A stretch of 64,000 nucleotides of DNA. Origin: Hyphochytrium catenoides. Its lineage: Eukaryota; Protista; Hyphochytriomycota. This document shows positions 13,507-26,325 of the stretch, piece after piece. The stretch is taken from assembly GCA_900088475.1 (NCBI GenBank), contig FLMG01000137.1, positions 11,140 to 75,139 on the forward strand, given 5' to 3'. Position numbers and translations under genes: made by a program. Below the pieces are notes generated by a model, which was not told the DNA's origin, made no database searches, and saw nothing but the letters and a program-made list of their open reading frames with translations. Position 1 is the first letter of the stretch; every line of letters starts with the position of its first letter.

Positions 13507-15379
13507 TCAGACCTTGTCCAAGGGAATCCCAGCGGCGTCCAGGGCATCTCTCACCCACTGTGGCACCTCACCAGCTGGATACTGCTCAGACATGAAGTTC
13601 CGTACGAACTCAGGAAAGGTTCCAGCGATAATACTGGCTCTCAGTCTCTCCATCAACCGGAGCATGTACACAACGTTGTGATACGTGACCAGCTGCCCTC
13701 CAGAGCCTTCAACTTTCACCAACGCGTGCAGGTACGCCCGGGAATAGCTTTGGCAGACAAAGCAAGGGCAGGAATCGTCAATTGGCCGAGCATCTGAGGC
13801 GAACTCGGCTGCCTTCAGCTTAAGAAGCCCGGAGGGGACAATGGCTGTCCCAAATCGGCCAGTTCGAGTGGGCCAGACGCAATCATACATATCGACACCT
13901 AGGGCGGAGCAGACGACCAAGTCAACTGGATAGCCGACACCCATCAAGTATCGCGGCTTGTGGGCTGGCAGGTGAGCTGTGCACTTATCCACGACCTTCC
14001 AGAAGGCTTCCTTTGACTCGCCTCCTGCTAGGCCGCCGATAGCATACCTGTAGCCAATGAGCAGAGTTAATATAATCAGAGAGAAAAGGGTTACGTACAA
14101 GGCCAGATAAGATTCGATAACTAGTGTAGAGAACTCTTAACCTGGCCAACTCTGAAAAGAAGAGAGAGCAGGTGATAATACTCAGGACTGGGTGAGCTCA
14201 GACGACACCCAGAAGACAAATCGAGCGAGCTGAGGTCCAGAAACAGAGAGATCGAGAGACTCACTGGAGGACAGGAAAGAGCAGTTTAGAGCCAAGTGGA
14301 CACGGGACAAGACACTAGATTGAAAGAATATGGTGAGCGCACCCTGGCAGATCCCTCTCCTTCAAGGCATCGAGGCAGATCTCCCTCAATCCTCCGGGGC
14401 TTACGTCCAGTCCGCCCTGGACAATGCCGAATAGATTTTGGCTCTCAGGCTTCTCATGCGCAGCAATACACCGATCAATCCACCTAATTGTCCTCTCACA
14501 AGCTTCCTTGAAGCGGACCGGATCTGAAAGGAACGAGGCCCGACGTCAGTGACTGGCATCAGGTGGGATCTGTCAAGAAGAACAAGAGATAGCTAACACA
14601 GATGAAGCTCTCTATCTTTTGAATAACGGCACGTGGCTGAACTCCGTCACCCTCTCAGGTGGCGGAAGTAGACGCAAGATTTGGGATGATGGAGAGGAGG
14701 AACCGGCCGCAGAGGATGACTGCTTGAACGAGGAGAACGAGTAGAGGATATTGGAAGGCAACATATGCAGATAGAGGCGAGATAGAAAAGAGAGAGGCTA
14801 GCCCATAATAACACAATCGCTATGGGCACGGTTACCATCGATAGTGCTTGGGGCGACATCGTCAAGGGCCATCATGATGTCCGAGCCTATACGATTCTGA
14901 TGCTGGATAGACATTTCCGGGGTGAGAAGCATCCTTGTCCCGTCAACAGGGGACTGAAAATGAACTCCTTCCTCTGTTATCTCGGCCAGTTCAAGGAGCG
15001 AGACCATTTGGAATCCCCCGCTGTCCGTCAGGATGTTCCGGTTCCAGTTCATGAAGCGATGTAACCCGCCCATGTCATCCAGCAACTCCGTGCCGGGTCG
15101 GAGTGCCATGTGGTAAGTGTTGGCCAAGATAATCTTTGCATCTATAGGCGCGGAGGCCATTTGGGTGGAAGTTATTCCTTTGATGGTGCCTTGAGTGCCC
15201 ACAGGCATGAAGACGGGCGTATACACCGGACCATGAGGAAGGTAGATAGTCGCAGCCCTTGCGCGCTTGTAGGAAGCGTGGACTTCAAATTTTAAGGCGG
15301 GAGACTCGAAGCATAGTCCGCGAGGCATCGGGTACTTCTCAACATGGTCTTCAGTCTTCTTCTTGTCAGTAACTGTCAT
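13507..15379 (-). CDS. QTRT1: Queuine tRNA-ribosyltransferase catalytic subunit (tRNA-guanine transglycosylase), 3 exons
   Basis: [64 protein letters not shown] and the zinc site CPCFVC...HN. Middle exon about 14343-14523. Confidence 0.96.
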
Positions 15380-16102
15380 GTTGAGATGGGGACACGATGG
15401 GCTCTGCAGAGCGTCCTACCCTATGTGCTCCTTAACCGGACCGCCACTTTGTCAATGCTGCTCCGTTGGACACTTCCCTTCGCCGCCATGCACCGTCTTT
15501 CGATCTCTCTGGCCTTCTGCGTCAGGGTTGGAGCTGTGTCGTCGGAGCTCTCAACTGTGACTGCCGCTTCGTTTGAGCTGCGGCCTGGAAGCTTGCGAAC
15601 TGCCCATGGAGAAGGCTCAGTCAGCCATCAATCAGCCTGCTGCATAGCTTCCAACAGCTCCTGGGGGAGGTCGACCAGAGACCGCATATCCCTTATAAGG
15701 GGAGAGAGATATGGTAATATAGCAGTTCTTAACGAGCTTTATTTTGTATCTGTCTGATTCTAACCTTGTAGAAGAAAACTTGTCTTTTCTGGTGGTCAGG
15801 CGAACGGACACAGCGGCAGGACCCAGATGGAGCTTCAGATGAAGACTGAGTTCTGAAGACTCTGGCATCGGATTAGTGAAGGCGTAATAGAGGAAAGGCA
15901 GACGATAGAGGATGCAGCGGACTTCACGTGTTGGAGACAGGTCTAGCCCCTGGTGATACGGACATCTTAGGGTCAGAATGCTGGTCTCTCCTTCCTGCTT
16001 TTCCGGTTTTATAGTTTCAAATAAATCATCTTGCTTGTGACCACGAGGGCCACAAGCTTCTGGTCTAACGCTTAAGGATCTAACGCTTCAGCATCTGACA
16101 CT

Positions 16103-19100
16103 TCATGACAGTTCGAAGCCGGCGTTGGAGTGGATAGAATAGAGAAGCTTCGCCCTAAGGACTTCTTTCGAAGAGTACTTGGGCAACTTCAAAAGGTTGA
16201 CGCAGGTCGCACTGTATAAACAAACAGTCAGCAAGCGGCCGTGGCTACGGTAGGAAGTCAATAAGGCTATGACTCACCTGGAAGGCAAACGCTCAGAGTC
16301 ATCCTGGACTCGCACTTGCTGAATCGTTAGCGGAGGATTAAGATGGTTGAATCCGAGCAGCGGCTGCCGAGGACAGCTGAAAATGATAGAGGGTATTGTT
16401 AAGGGGAAACAGAGGCAAATGTTTGTCAGGAATGAATTTGTGATAGCAGGAGGATAGCCTCCCGGAAAGAAACACACGGCCAAGCTAAGGTGCACAATCC
16501 TACCTGGTGATGAACTTCAACAAAGCTGCTCGGTCTTCAACGCTAAACTCCCGCACCACCTCCCAGAACCAATCTATGTAAGCCTGAGAAGGGTGATACC
16601 CGCTACTATACGCAGTGTGCTGCTGCATATCCTCAATGTTGAGGTCATCCGTGCCACCTAGTAGCAGCTGCAGCTCCTGAGGGTTGAACATGCGTATCCA
16701 CTGACTCGGTATGAGATCTCTAAAGCCGCTTAGAAAAGCCATACATTGCTGCGACGTCTGGACATTCAGCTTGTAGTCAGCCATTAGGTGGATGTACCGG
16801 ATCACGTTGTCCTTTGTGACTGGCATCGCTCCGCCATTTGGACAGAGCTCCACTCCACGGGCCTGCCCAAACTCATTCTGCACCATCTCGAAGTTCAGCG
16901 AGAGATCTTCCCAGTCCCCGTCATAGGTCTTCAAATAGTGTAGATTTCGATATAGTTCCGGATCCAAAGACTGCAGATCGTCAATGTAGTTATACTTTCC
17001 AAGCAGCTTGTTAAGAAAGGGCAGGGCGAACCGCGGCTGGATGAGAATCCCCTCGTACAGGCCCTTCCCAACTATTCTTCCCAAAAACCGGAAGTGCTCA
17101 AGATGAGAATCAACCACCAGGTGAGAGGATGGATTGGGGAAGAGCAAGTGATCACTGGTCTCCAGGAAGAGAGCATACTGCGGGTCAAAGGCTTTACTGC
17201 TCAACAGGTCCATGTACTCCTTCAGTAAACCACCGCCATCAATCCCTGATTCATCCAATCCGTGCTCATTGACCAAGCTGATCTTGAAGAGGTACTTCAA
17301 TCTGTGTTGGGTGCCTAGCTCACTCCAGCTTTCAAAGCTCTCTTCGTAGATGCGCTGGCGCTTAATCTTTAGCCAGACAGCAGCGTCCCTGCCTTGGAAC
17401 TGTCTCTTAGCCTTTTCTTCTTCTAACAACCGCTTGAAAATAAGTACGCGGTCATCAAAGGGTAGGACTTGCGGCAATGCGGTAAGTATGGGGGCCACTT
17501 TCCTTGATACACCCGTACCATCTCCATTTCCTTCCATCCCAGGAAGGCGAGGCCAGTGCCAAAATTCTGAGGGAGTGAATTGCCGTCGACAATTGCGGTC
17601 ATAGAGTTGATTATACAGTTTTGTGGCTGAGATGAGAAGAAGGAGATCTGGCACCTTGTAGGGAGGAGATAGCGAAGAGCCGTCTACCCAGAACATCTGG
17701 TAGAGCAGTCCACGAACGAAGGCCCCTATCGCTCTAACCTCGGAGAGGGAGAAAGGGAACTGCTTCTGATAGAACTCCTCGTCATCTTGCGCCAAGAGCA
17801 GGTGGCTGTATCCCGCAAATAAAAGAAAGAGCAAAGAAGAGACCTCCGGAGTTGCAGTGCTTGCAGAACTGGCTTTCTCCACAATCGGCCGAAGAAAGAG
17901 CCAGAGACGACGAAGTATGGGGTTGGAAGGGTTGGAGAAGGCGATAGCATTCAAAATAGAGAGAGCCAAGCCCGTCGGTGGCTTCCGAGCATTAACATAG
18001 AACTCAGCTCCTTGCTGGCAGAGAACGGCAGCATACAGCTGGCAGACCGCGAACGGAGCTTTCCCAGCACCCTCTCCCTCTACCTGCATCCGCTCTGATC
18101 CATCCACAGTCTTATCTTCAACCATTCCTTCCTGAACCTCTTGGAGAGCAGCTTCGAAGAGAAGAGACAAGAGCCTGGAGTCAGCAATGCGCCGAATCCC
18201 TTCACTGACCTTGGACCAAGTCTCAGAATTGCGTGCGCTTCTTCCGGCAAGCTGGACTTGACTGGCCTGCGCTCTCAATGCTTGCCTGACTAACTTTTCC
18301 AGAAAGCTATCTGAGTCTATTTGGAAGGACTCCAAGTTAACCTCCGACGCTTCGTCATCAGACTCTTCGTCATAATCATTTGAAGCAAAGGAGGCAGAAG
18401 CTGGACCGTCTTCAGGGCCGATAGCATGAGGAGGAAGAAGAGGCACGACCAGCTTCAGGATGAAGATAAGATGTCGTGCTACCTCGAAGTCCAAGGAGCC
18501 CAACAAAGAAATGTCCATGAGGTTGGCTACTAACACCTCCAATCCATCTCTACTGCCCTTTGTTGGAAGCAAGTAACTCTGATGGCGCTCAAGAGAGAGG
18601 AGGAGCCATCGTACTTGGGTACCTTCTCCGAAGACCGCGGAAAGAAGCTGTTGCCGTAGGGGAAATGTCGCTAAAAGAAAGGAGGACAGAAAGTACTTAG
18701 AAAAATAGAAATAAGAGCGGAGAAGAAGACTGAAAAGGCTTGACAATCCTCTAAGGTCCTTCTGTCTCTGATCTCCAACGCTCAGAATCTCACGAGTGAC
18801 GTCCAACATAAGCTGGACCCGCCCCTGGGTGGCGCTGCCTGCTCCCATAACCTTTGCCAACTGCATAAAGAAGAGTTCGTTGCCACCTCCTAACCACAGG
18901 AATACCTTCCAGCATCGAATCTTCAATCGTTCAATGCCATCCCCTGAAAGGGAGATTTGCCAGTTCGAAGGGATAAAGCTTGCTCTAAGCTCCATCCAGA
19001 AGTCAGAGAGCGACTGGTCTATTGCCGTTGATGATTGAACAGACGAGGATGAAGGACTGTTCATTGCATGGGCCGATGGGCGAGTCATTGTCTCTAAACA

Positions 19101-19696
19101 AAGCCATAGCAGGCTCTTCATCTGGAATACCCAGCAATTCCCTTCCAGTTCATCATCACTTCCGCCCTTAGCAAGCCAGCTGTATCCTGCATCTGAAGCT
19201 TGAAGCCCTTGTCTGAGGAACTGGGTCATACGCACCAAGCGCTGGACGTCATCTTGGCAAGAAATATGAGGAAGCGCAAACCCCAGAAAGTTCCAAAGAA
19301 GGCCTCGCAAGTGCTGTGGGAGCCGTTCAATAGAAAGATTACGCGTGAGCTCTCCGTCAATGCTCAACGAAGTGGGGACGTTTGAAAGCCTACCTGCTCC
19401 GGAAGTAGAAACTGAGCCCCAGCAGCCGTTAGCAGCTGCTGCAGCTTTTCAATGTCGTGGACCTTCTGGTCCCAATCTGAGCGCAGTCGTCGCTTAAGTG
19501 AACGCTGGGAAGCTTTTGCCCGCCAAGCCGACTGAAGTTTGATCGCCCCTTGCGTCCGGACTCTCTCCTGGGCTCGACCTTCCCTCTCTGCGCGTGCCCG
19601 TTGAAGGACATCTCGCTTCTCTATCTGCTTCTGCTTGCTCCTACCTCCTAAAGAGACATTCCTCCGCTGTTGAAAGTTGACCTTCCCATCAAACAT
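16103..19696 (-). CDS. HECT E3 ubiquitin ligase, UBE3B/UBE3C (UPL6/7) type with N-terminal IQ motif
   Basis: RNVSLGGRS and IQ-like IKLQSAWRA; [11 protein letters not shown]; [10 protein letters not shown]; LLKFIT|[10 protein letters not shown]; RLPS|[11 protein letters not shown] (catalytic Cys); NAGFELS* with stop at 16103-16105. Confidence 0.95.
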
Positions 19697-20634
19697 CGCT
19701 CCTTAGCACCTAGCCTTTCGCCCTCCGGGTTAAGGAAGTGTGGTCTCTTTGACAGTGCCCCAATATTGGAGGATGGCACACGTTCTCTTCAGCGGAATAG
19801 CGACAATATTTTCAAACGGACCGGCATTGATGATTCTTCTAGGCAGAATATTAAAGGGCACTTCCCAGGACAGGCAGTCTGTAGGAGCTTAAAGAGGCGA
19901 GGGAACTTGATGGACCCGACACATAGACACAACAGGCTGCTCTTCCGCGCAATGGTTTTGCGCAATGGTAGTAACAAAGCATAGACTAATGACACTCTCC
20001 CAGTCCCTGGCGGGACATCAAGCCATACGCAATGACAACAAGAGCAGGCAAGCTGGAGCTGACTATGAAAAGCTTCAGAATAGCCTATGAGAAGGAGAAG
20101 ACCCACAGCTCGGCTGCTGATAAAGATTCCTGGCACAAAGCTCCTAGAAGCGACACCACTTTCTCATGAAAAACGCCTTCCTTCTTGTTCTGTGCCTGAG
20201 AGGAAACAATAGGACGAGGAAATGTTTCCACAGAATACCCCTGAAAGCTTAGACTATAGGTAGCAGAAAAGCTTCTTTGAATCTTTCAAATGTTGCAATG
20301 TAGCTATTGATTAATCACCATTATAGATCTACCGTTTCCGATCTTTGAGTTATTGATTTTATTGGCTGTGAATCTTCAGAATTGACGGCAATAAACTTCA
20401 TCATCCATGGAGCTCCAGACTCTTTCTCCATGCTCACTCCTGTTTTTATAAAGGGCAAAAGGAGAAGGGCCGCTCATTGTGCAGCTTGGAAAGTCTTGCA
20501 CGGCCCTTCTTTCCTATCTGTAAACCGCGGATATGTCTCCAGCTGTAAATTCATAAGTCGGGATTAGAGCTGCTCAGAGCTCCTAGCTGAACACTCAGAA
20601 TCGCGCGGGTTTGTACCTCATAGCAAGGGAGAAA

Positions 20635-22370
20635 ATGTTAAGTCGTGCAGGCCTTAGCCGGAACCTTTGGCTGAATGAGACAGCTAGACTTCTGCCTCAG
20701 GTCAGGAGATCCCGCGCTCCGTGCTCTTTGCGCTATCGAGCGTCGCCGGTACCGATAGGGATGACGGAGTCAAGAGATTTTATGACTATCTTCCGCATAT
20801 TCAAGAAGGATAAGAAGGATGAGGTGAAGGAGGATGAGGTCAAGCCAGAGGCTCTCCCAGAAGTGTCTGAGGACAAAAGCGCGTTTTTCTCGGTATTTTC
20901 AGAGCGCCAGCGCGTGTACCGCCACAAGAAGATGAAATCGGAGATTAAGAACGGATACTTCAAGGACTTCAAGGAGTACAATGACAGTATGAAGACTAAG
21001 GTATATTGCCGCCCCCTCGGTTGCACAGACCACTCTCTCCTTCCTCTTTCCTCTAACTATCACAGCAGCAATGTCTCGCGGTCAGAACTTCAACTGTACC
21101 ACCATCTGCGTCGTTTGGACTGTCGTGACCCTCCTCACCTTGTCCTCTCATCTCTTCTTTGCTGTTCTTTCTCTCTCTCTTCTTGCGACAGTATGCATAT
21201 CTTTATCCTGCTTTGCTGTTTTCATCACGAGTCTGACAGCTGTCAACAGACTGTCCATTCTTTTGAATTGCAAGATCCAAAGAAAGCAGTGGCATTCCCA
21301 AGAATGAGAGTGCCTAACCTTCTGGGGCAGGAAGTTCAGCTCCCTAGTGCCTTCCAGGGAAAGGTGACCCTTCTGCTGGTTGCCTTTAAGCAGTTTGGAT
21401 GGAGATTTGTGCCAGACTGGAGAGACAAATTCCTTGAGCTTACCGCCTCGTAAGCAAATCTCTCTCTCTCTCTTTCTCTCTCTGTCTCACACACATACAC
21501 ACACTTAATCATTCGGTGTGCTGCTCGCTTACATCGCTTCAGCTAGACTGCTGCTGAGGTCCTGAGTTTGTCCTAGACTTTGTTCTAGACTTTATCTTCC
21601 GAAGAGTGCCTTCAACACATTTCTATGTCCTGCAGTCCGGCTATAGGAACTCTCTTTGCTGCTGACTCCTGGCTTCCAATTTTTTATCCATCCCCCCCTT
21701 CGATGCGCTTTGTACCTTGATATGGCTTTACAACCTTTGTCTGCGTCTCCTCTCTCACACTTAATCTCCCTATCGACATCAAATCATTGTCCTTTAGCGA
21801 GAAGAACGTCCAGACATATACTCTCTCTGCCACTGAAGAATGGAGATTTAGATTATTCCGGGGTCCCATAAGAGATGCGTTACGAGCGCAGACAGACGAG
21901 AAGCTTCATAGTCACTCTTTGAGTCTCTTTGCACCCATTCCGGTAGGTGGAGAGACTTACACGCCTCCAAGACACCATTCCTATCCTTTGTACGTCTTGG
22001 TCCCCTAGGAAGACTGACGAGATCTAGCGGGTGGCTTTTTCTCTATCTCTTTTCACCTCTGACTTCTGTCTTGCCGCTGTAGGAACTGAGAGCGCTGCTC
22101 AACATGTCCAACACGCTCTTCTGTTATGCCTACATCATTGACTCCAAGGGCAAGGTCCGATGGAGGTATGTCTCCCCAGAAGTTTCTTCTTCTCATTGCC
22201 CACTAAGTAGACTCTTCTGTCACTTCTCATTTTCGCGCTGCCATAGGACCAGTGGGCCGCCATCAGAGGGAGACGTTGAGGAGTTGGCGAGTATGATACA
22301 GCCCTTGGTCAAAGAAATAGAAAGCCCTACACCTGCCACCATTTCCAAAAAGAAGGGTCGAAAGGCGTAA
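20635..22370 (+). CDS. ATP10: Mitochondrial ATP synthase assembly factor ATP10-like, 5 exons
   Basis: Arg-rich presequence MLSRAGLSRNLW; GYFKDFKEY; FPRMRVPNLLG; KVTLLLVAF; LNMSNTLFCYAYIIDSKGKVRWR|TSG (ATP10-type C-terminal motif). Confidence 0.8.
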
Positions 22371-22526
22371 GTTCGTCTATGATCAAGAAGAGGGAGGGAG
22401 AGAGGGGGGAGCGGCGGACCCCACTCAACTCTCTCTCCTAAAGCAATAAATTATTTAGTGGGGACCTTCCTCTGTTGGCCCTGTGTATCGTTGGACTCTT
22501 CCACTTTCTTCCCATCACGTCTCTCG

Positions 22527-25222
22527 TCACGCCTCTGTTTGCCGCTGATCTCTCTTCCCTGGACTGGTGGATCGAGACAGAATCTCCGTAGATCGTGCTC
22601 TTCGTCGCTCTCGCTGCTCCAGTTGACTGTTTCTCAGTCTGCGAGAAGGGGGAGAGTTTGAGATTAAATTGTCAATCTTTGAGAGAAGAGCTAGGACAGG
22701 ATCTCCTCCTTTTCCCGCTGTAGCTGCTCCTTTAGGCTGATACCCGTCAGACGCGCTCCTACGTAGGGTAGAGGGATAAGGAGGAGAATAGGTTTCGGAA
22801 AGAGTAGCCATTGCTGGACTGGTGTTGGCAGGAGCCGGGGAGGCCAGCCAGGCTTTCAGAGCACTAATAACAGCCAGAGAATGTACTGCATATCGCCTCC
22901 ATTCTTCCACCTGCGAGGACGTGGATGCTGGAGATAACAGGACGGATGCCGCCTTCCTACACTGAGCCTCTAAGGCAGTGAGAGCCTTTGTAGCATCAGA
23001 CGTCGTCCCAATTTCTGGCTCCTCGGCCCCTCTGCCCCAAAAATAGGCTGTGGCCTCTCTAGGGCTGAGCCCCGCTGCAGCCGATCTGCTAGGACTTTGC
23101 CTCTCTCCTGCTCTACTTGGACTCCTGTTTCCTCGCTCCGCTTCTCGTAGTCGATGTTGGAGCTGTAGTATCTCCTCTTCTTTACCATCCAGTTCTCTTC
23201 TAAGGTCTGCCAGACATTCTTCCTGCTTGGACTCTTGGGCAAGGAGGCGGCCATGGGCCGCTTCTGCTTCCCCAGACTTCTCAGAGAGGCTCTCAGATAG
23301 ACTTTCAACGTTCTGTCGGAGCTGCGCAAGGTTTACAGACCACACAAGGAAAAGGTAGTTCTTAGCAAAGCATGGACTAACAGTGGGACGATTGGATGAA
23401 TCAAAGGCGGCTACTACCCCAGAAACTCGTCAGACAGTGTAGAGTCAGCACCTCAAACAAGGTGGTAGCATAACTATAGGGCGGAATGGAAGTAGCGGCT
23501 GTTGAGCATTTATCGGCGCTTACTCGACCAAGTAAGCTGCCATGGTAAGATATCACTGATTTGGCCCTTTTACCGGGTAAATACGTGGAAAGTGACTGTG
23601 AGCGAAGGTAAGGAAGAGAGAGAGGCACAACCAAACGCACAGGAGAGGGCGGAGCATGCGCTTTCTTACCTCTAGAAGTACCTGCTCCTGCTGGGTATTC
23701 CTCTGCACGAGCTCGTCGTTCAAGGTTTCCTCTTGAATCAGATCCTCCAAGATCTCTGCGTAGTCACGCTTGGCCACTGCGATAATGTCAATGGCTTTCT
23801 GGAGTTCCTCCTGCAGCCGTGTCTTCTGCTCTCTTTCCGCTGACAAGCTCCTCTCGGTTTCTTCTTGCTGCCTGCGCAACTCTGTCTCTAGGGTTTGTAT
23901 CTTGCCCTGATATTGAGACTCAACATGGGCTAAATGTGTAGAGGTAGCACGCTCCTTCTCCTCTCTTTCCCTATGCTGTGCCTGTAGTTGGTGAAGAGCT
24001 CTCTCCCTTTCCTGAACGACGTGCTGGAGCTGGAAAAGCGCTCTGTCTCTGTCAAAGAGAAGTTGGCCATAGTGCTCAACTCTTGCCTGCATTTGCTGGA
24101 TCAAGCTCTTTTGTGCCTGTCCTACGTCTTCTCTCTCCAGCAGCTTCCTCCCTAGCACCTTCTCGTTTTCTGCTTTCTCTCTCTCCAGCTGTTGGACTCT
24201 TCCTTCTACTGTTTGGAGAGAAGCCTGATATTGCCTTTGGATATTGAAAAGAAGTTTGTCTCTCTCTTCTCCCACTCTTCCTATAGCTCCTTGTAGCTCC
24301 TTCAACTCTTGCTCTAAGGTGGAAATCCTCAAAGCTTGTGTCCGGATAACATCTTCAGAGCCGTTGGGGAGGGCAGAGGAGGGAAGCGAGCGCGGGGAGA
24401 GAGTAGAAGGGGAAGGAGTGCCCGCAGTGTTCTGGGTTTCTTCTCTAATTGGTGACAGTGAAGGCGGAATGTGTTCCACGTCCAGCTGCATCTCCCTCTC
24501 TTTGTCTTGGGGCCTGGAGAGCGACTCCATCGCCAGCCTCAATGCTTGCTTCATCGTTTCAACCTCTCTTAACTCCTGTTGGAGCTTCTCAACCATCGCA
24601 TGAGCCTCTTTCTCTCTTTTGTCCCATTCTTCGGCCCTAATGTCTATTGTCCGGCTGGGAGAAGACTGAAGGTGGGAAGCAGCGGCGGGAGATGAAGGAG
24701 CTATTCCTTGTCTTTGAAGCTGGTAGACGATTTCCTGCAGTCTAGCCACTTGAGAATATTGAGAGGAAATGACTTGATCCCTCAGTAGAGTCATTCGTTC
24801 TCTCTCCTCCACGGACTCCTGCGCAGAAGTGCCATTAGAAAAGGTAACGATGAACACGGGGGAAGTAGGCAACGAAGGAGAAGAGGAGAGAGAGACATGG
24901 AGACATAGGGAACGAGCCAGGACACGGGTGAACGGGACAAGTGACGTTAATGACAGACCTGCAGCTGCTTTTTGTAGAAGTTGAGCTGCTTGTTCAGGTA
25001 AGCGATGCGTCCCTGATAAGCATTTGCCTCCCTTTCCGTTCTCTTCCTCAGCTCCTGCGCCATCTTTGCTAACGTCTCGACACGTCCGTCTGCATCCTTC
25101 AACGCTTCGCTGGCTACTGACCAAGCGGAAGAGCTGGCGCGAGACAGGTTTGAGGGAGATATAGGTAGAGCCTCCGCACTGTAAATCAGGCGTTGTCGAG
25201 GCGAAAGGGTGTAGAAGTCCAT
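22527..25222 (-). CDS. Long coiled-coil protein of unknown function (cytoskeletal or centrosomal-like), 3 exons
   Basis: ORFs 24947-25222, 23553-25124 and 22527-23345 can be joined by GT-AG introns. E/Q/L/R-rich heptads with SP-rich linkers. Confidence 0.75.
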
Positions 25223-26325
25223 GATGGAAGCGGGACTATCCCAGAAAGATGTAGATAGAGTACCGACACTACAGAGGAAGTCGGAGCAACAGTCTCAAGA
25301 GGTGCCTTAGGCAAAAGCGCCGGTCATTGTCGTTTTAAGAGGTAGTCGCTGTCAACATGGCATAGGGACACAGATGACCTAGGACCCATGGACAGGCCTA
25401 GCAGCTATCCAAAGATAGGTCCAGGTGACTCCTGGCTAAAACCTTCTCTACGCCAGTAGCAGGACATTGGTCCAGATTATGGTCGAAGACAATCTCACAC
25501 AAGCAGGCAGGAGCGAAGTGGTAGAGCAAGAGAAGGAATGCGAGCTCTGGACAGCGAGGATAAAGGGATGGCACCCTTAACAACGAGACGTCGCGTCTCC
25601 AGATCAGGCGAAGGACGTGACGCCCTTCTTCCTGAAGAAGGGATAAAAAGGTTAGAGTCTCCTTTGAAGACTGAAAGGACGAAGACCTAGAAGAGTGCGA
25701 TGAATGGCTCTTTATGAGGAGAAGATCAGAACCTTGTATCGTCCGCACTTAACATTGGCCCCAGGCGGCTTCAGTTAGACCGCTATGCAGAAGAGATGGC
25801 AGAAAAACAGACAGAGAAGTGCAAAGCAGCTTGCTCATAGCTTTGTTAATGATGCTCCTTCAGATGGAGAGAGACTGGCCTCGTCACTGAAGAGCCTGTC
25901 GAAGACAGAGACTCTAATCGTTCGCAGTGCGAGAGACCGAGCGCCTGAGCAGAGCAGAGAGAAGACATCTTCAGAGGCTTCAAAGATTCTTCTCCGATCC
26001 GTTAGAACACCAAGGGAGGGCGCTAACGGCCAGCAAACAAACGGCTAGCATAGCGTTAGCGGCTATCTGGATGCTCCCTTTTATAAGGATAACTGAGCCT
26101 GCAAGAAGCAAGGACGATGAGTCATCCTGGCAGCAGTAGCAGCAGCAGCAGAAGAGGCAGAGAGACGTCCAACAGCAGGAGAGGATGCGGGACGGACAGC
26201 ACGGAAGAGAAGAAGGGAGAGAAGAACTGTCTGGAGCGCCAGGTACCAAGTCAAGATGACAGGAGCCCAGCGGCAGGCAAAGGAGGAGGTGGAGCTCGGG
26301 CAGGCAAGATAGAAAACTTAGCGGG

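Noticed and set aside
620-15379. XDH and QTRT1 as a purine/queuine metabolic cluster
   Set aside because: They are separated by unrelated genes and there is no sign of co-regulation; ordinary eukaryotic gene neighbourhood.
16065-16106. Three imperfect 15-bp repeats (TCTAACGCTT...) at the HECT 3' end
   Set aside because: Short, degenerate and likely from slippage.
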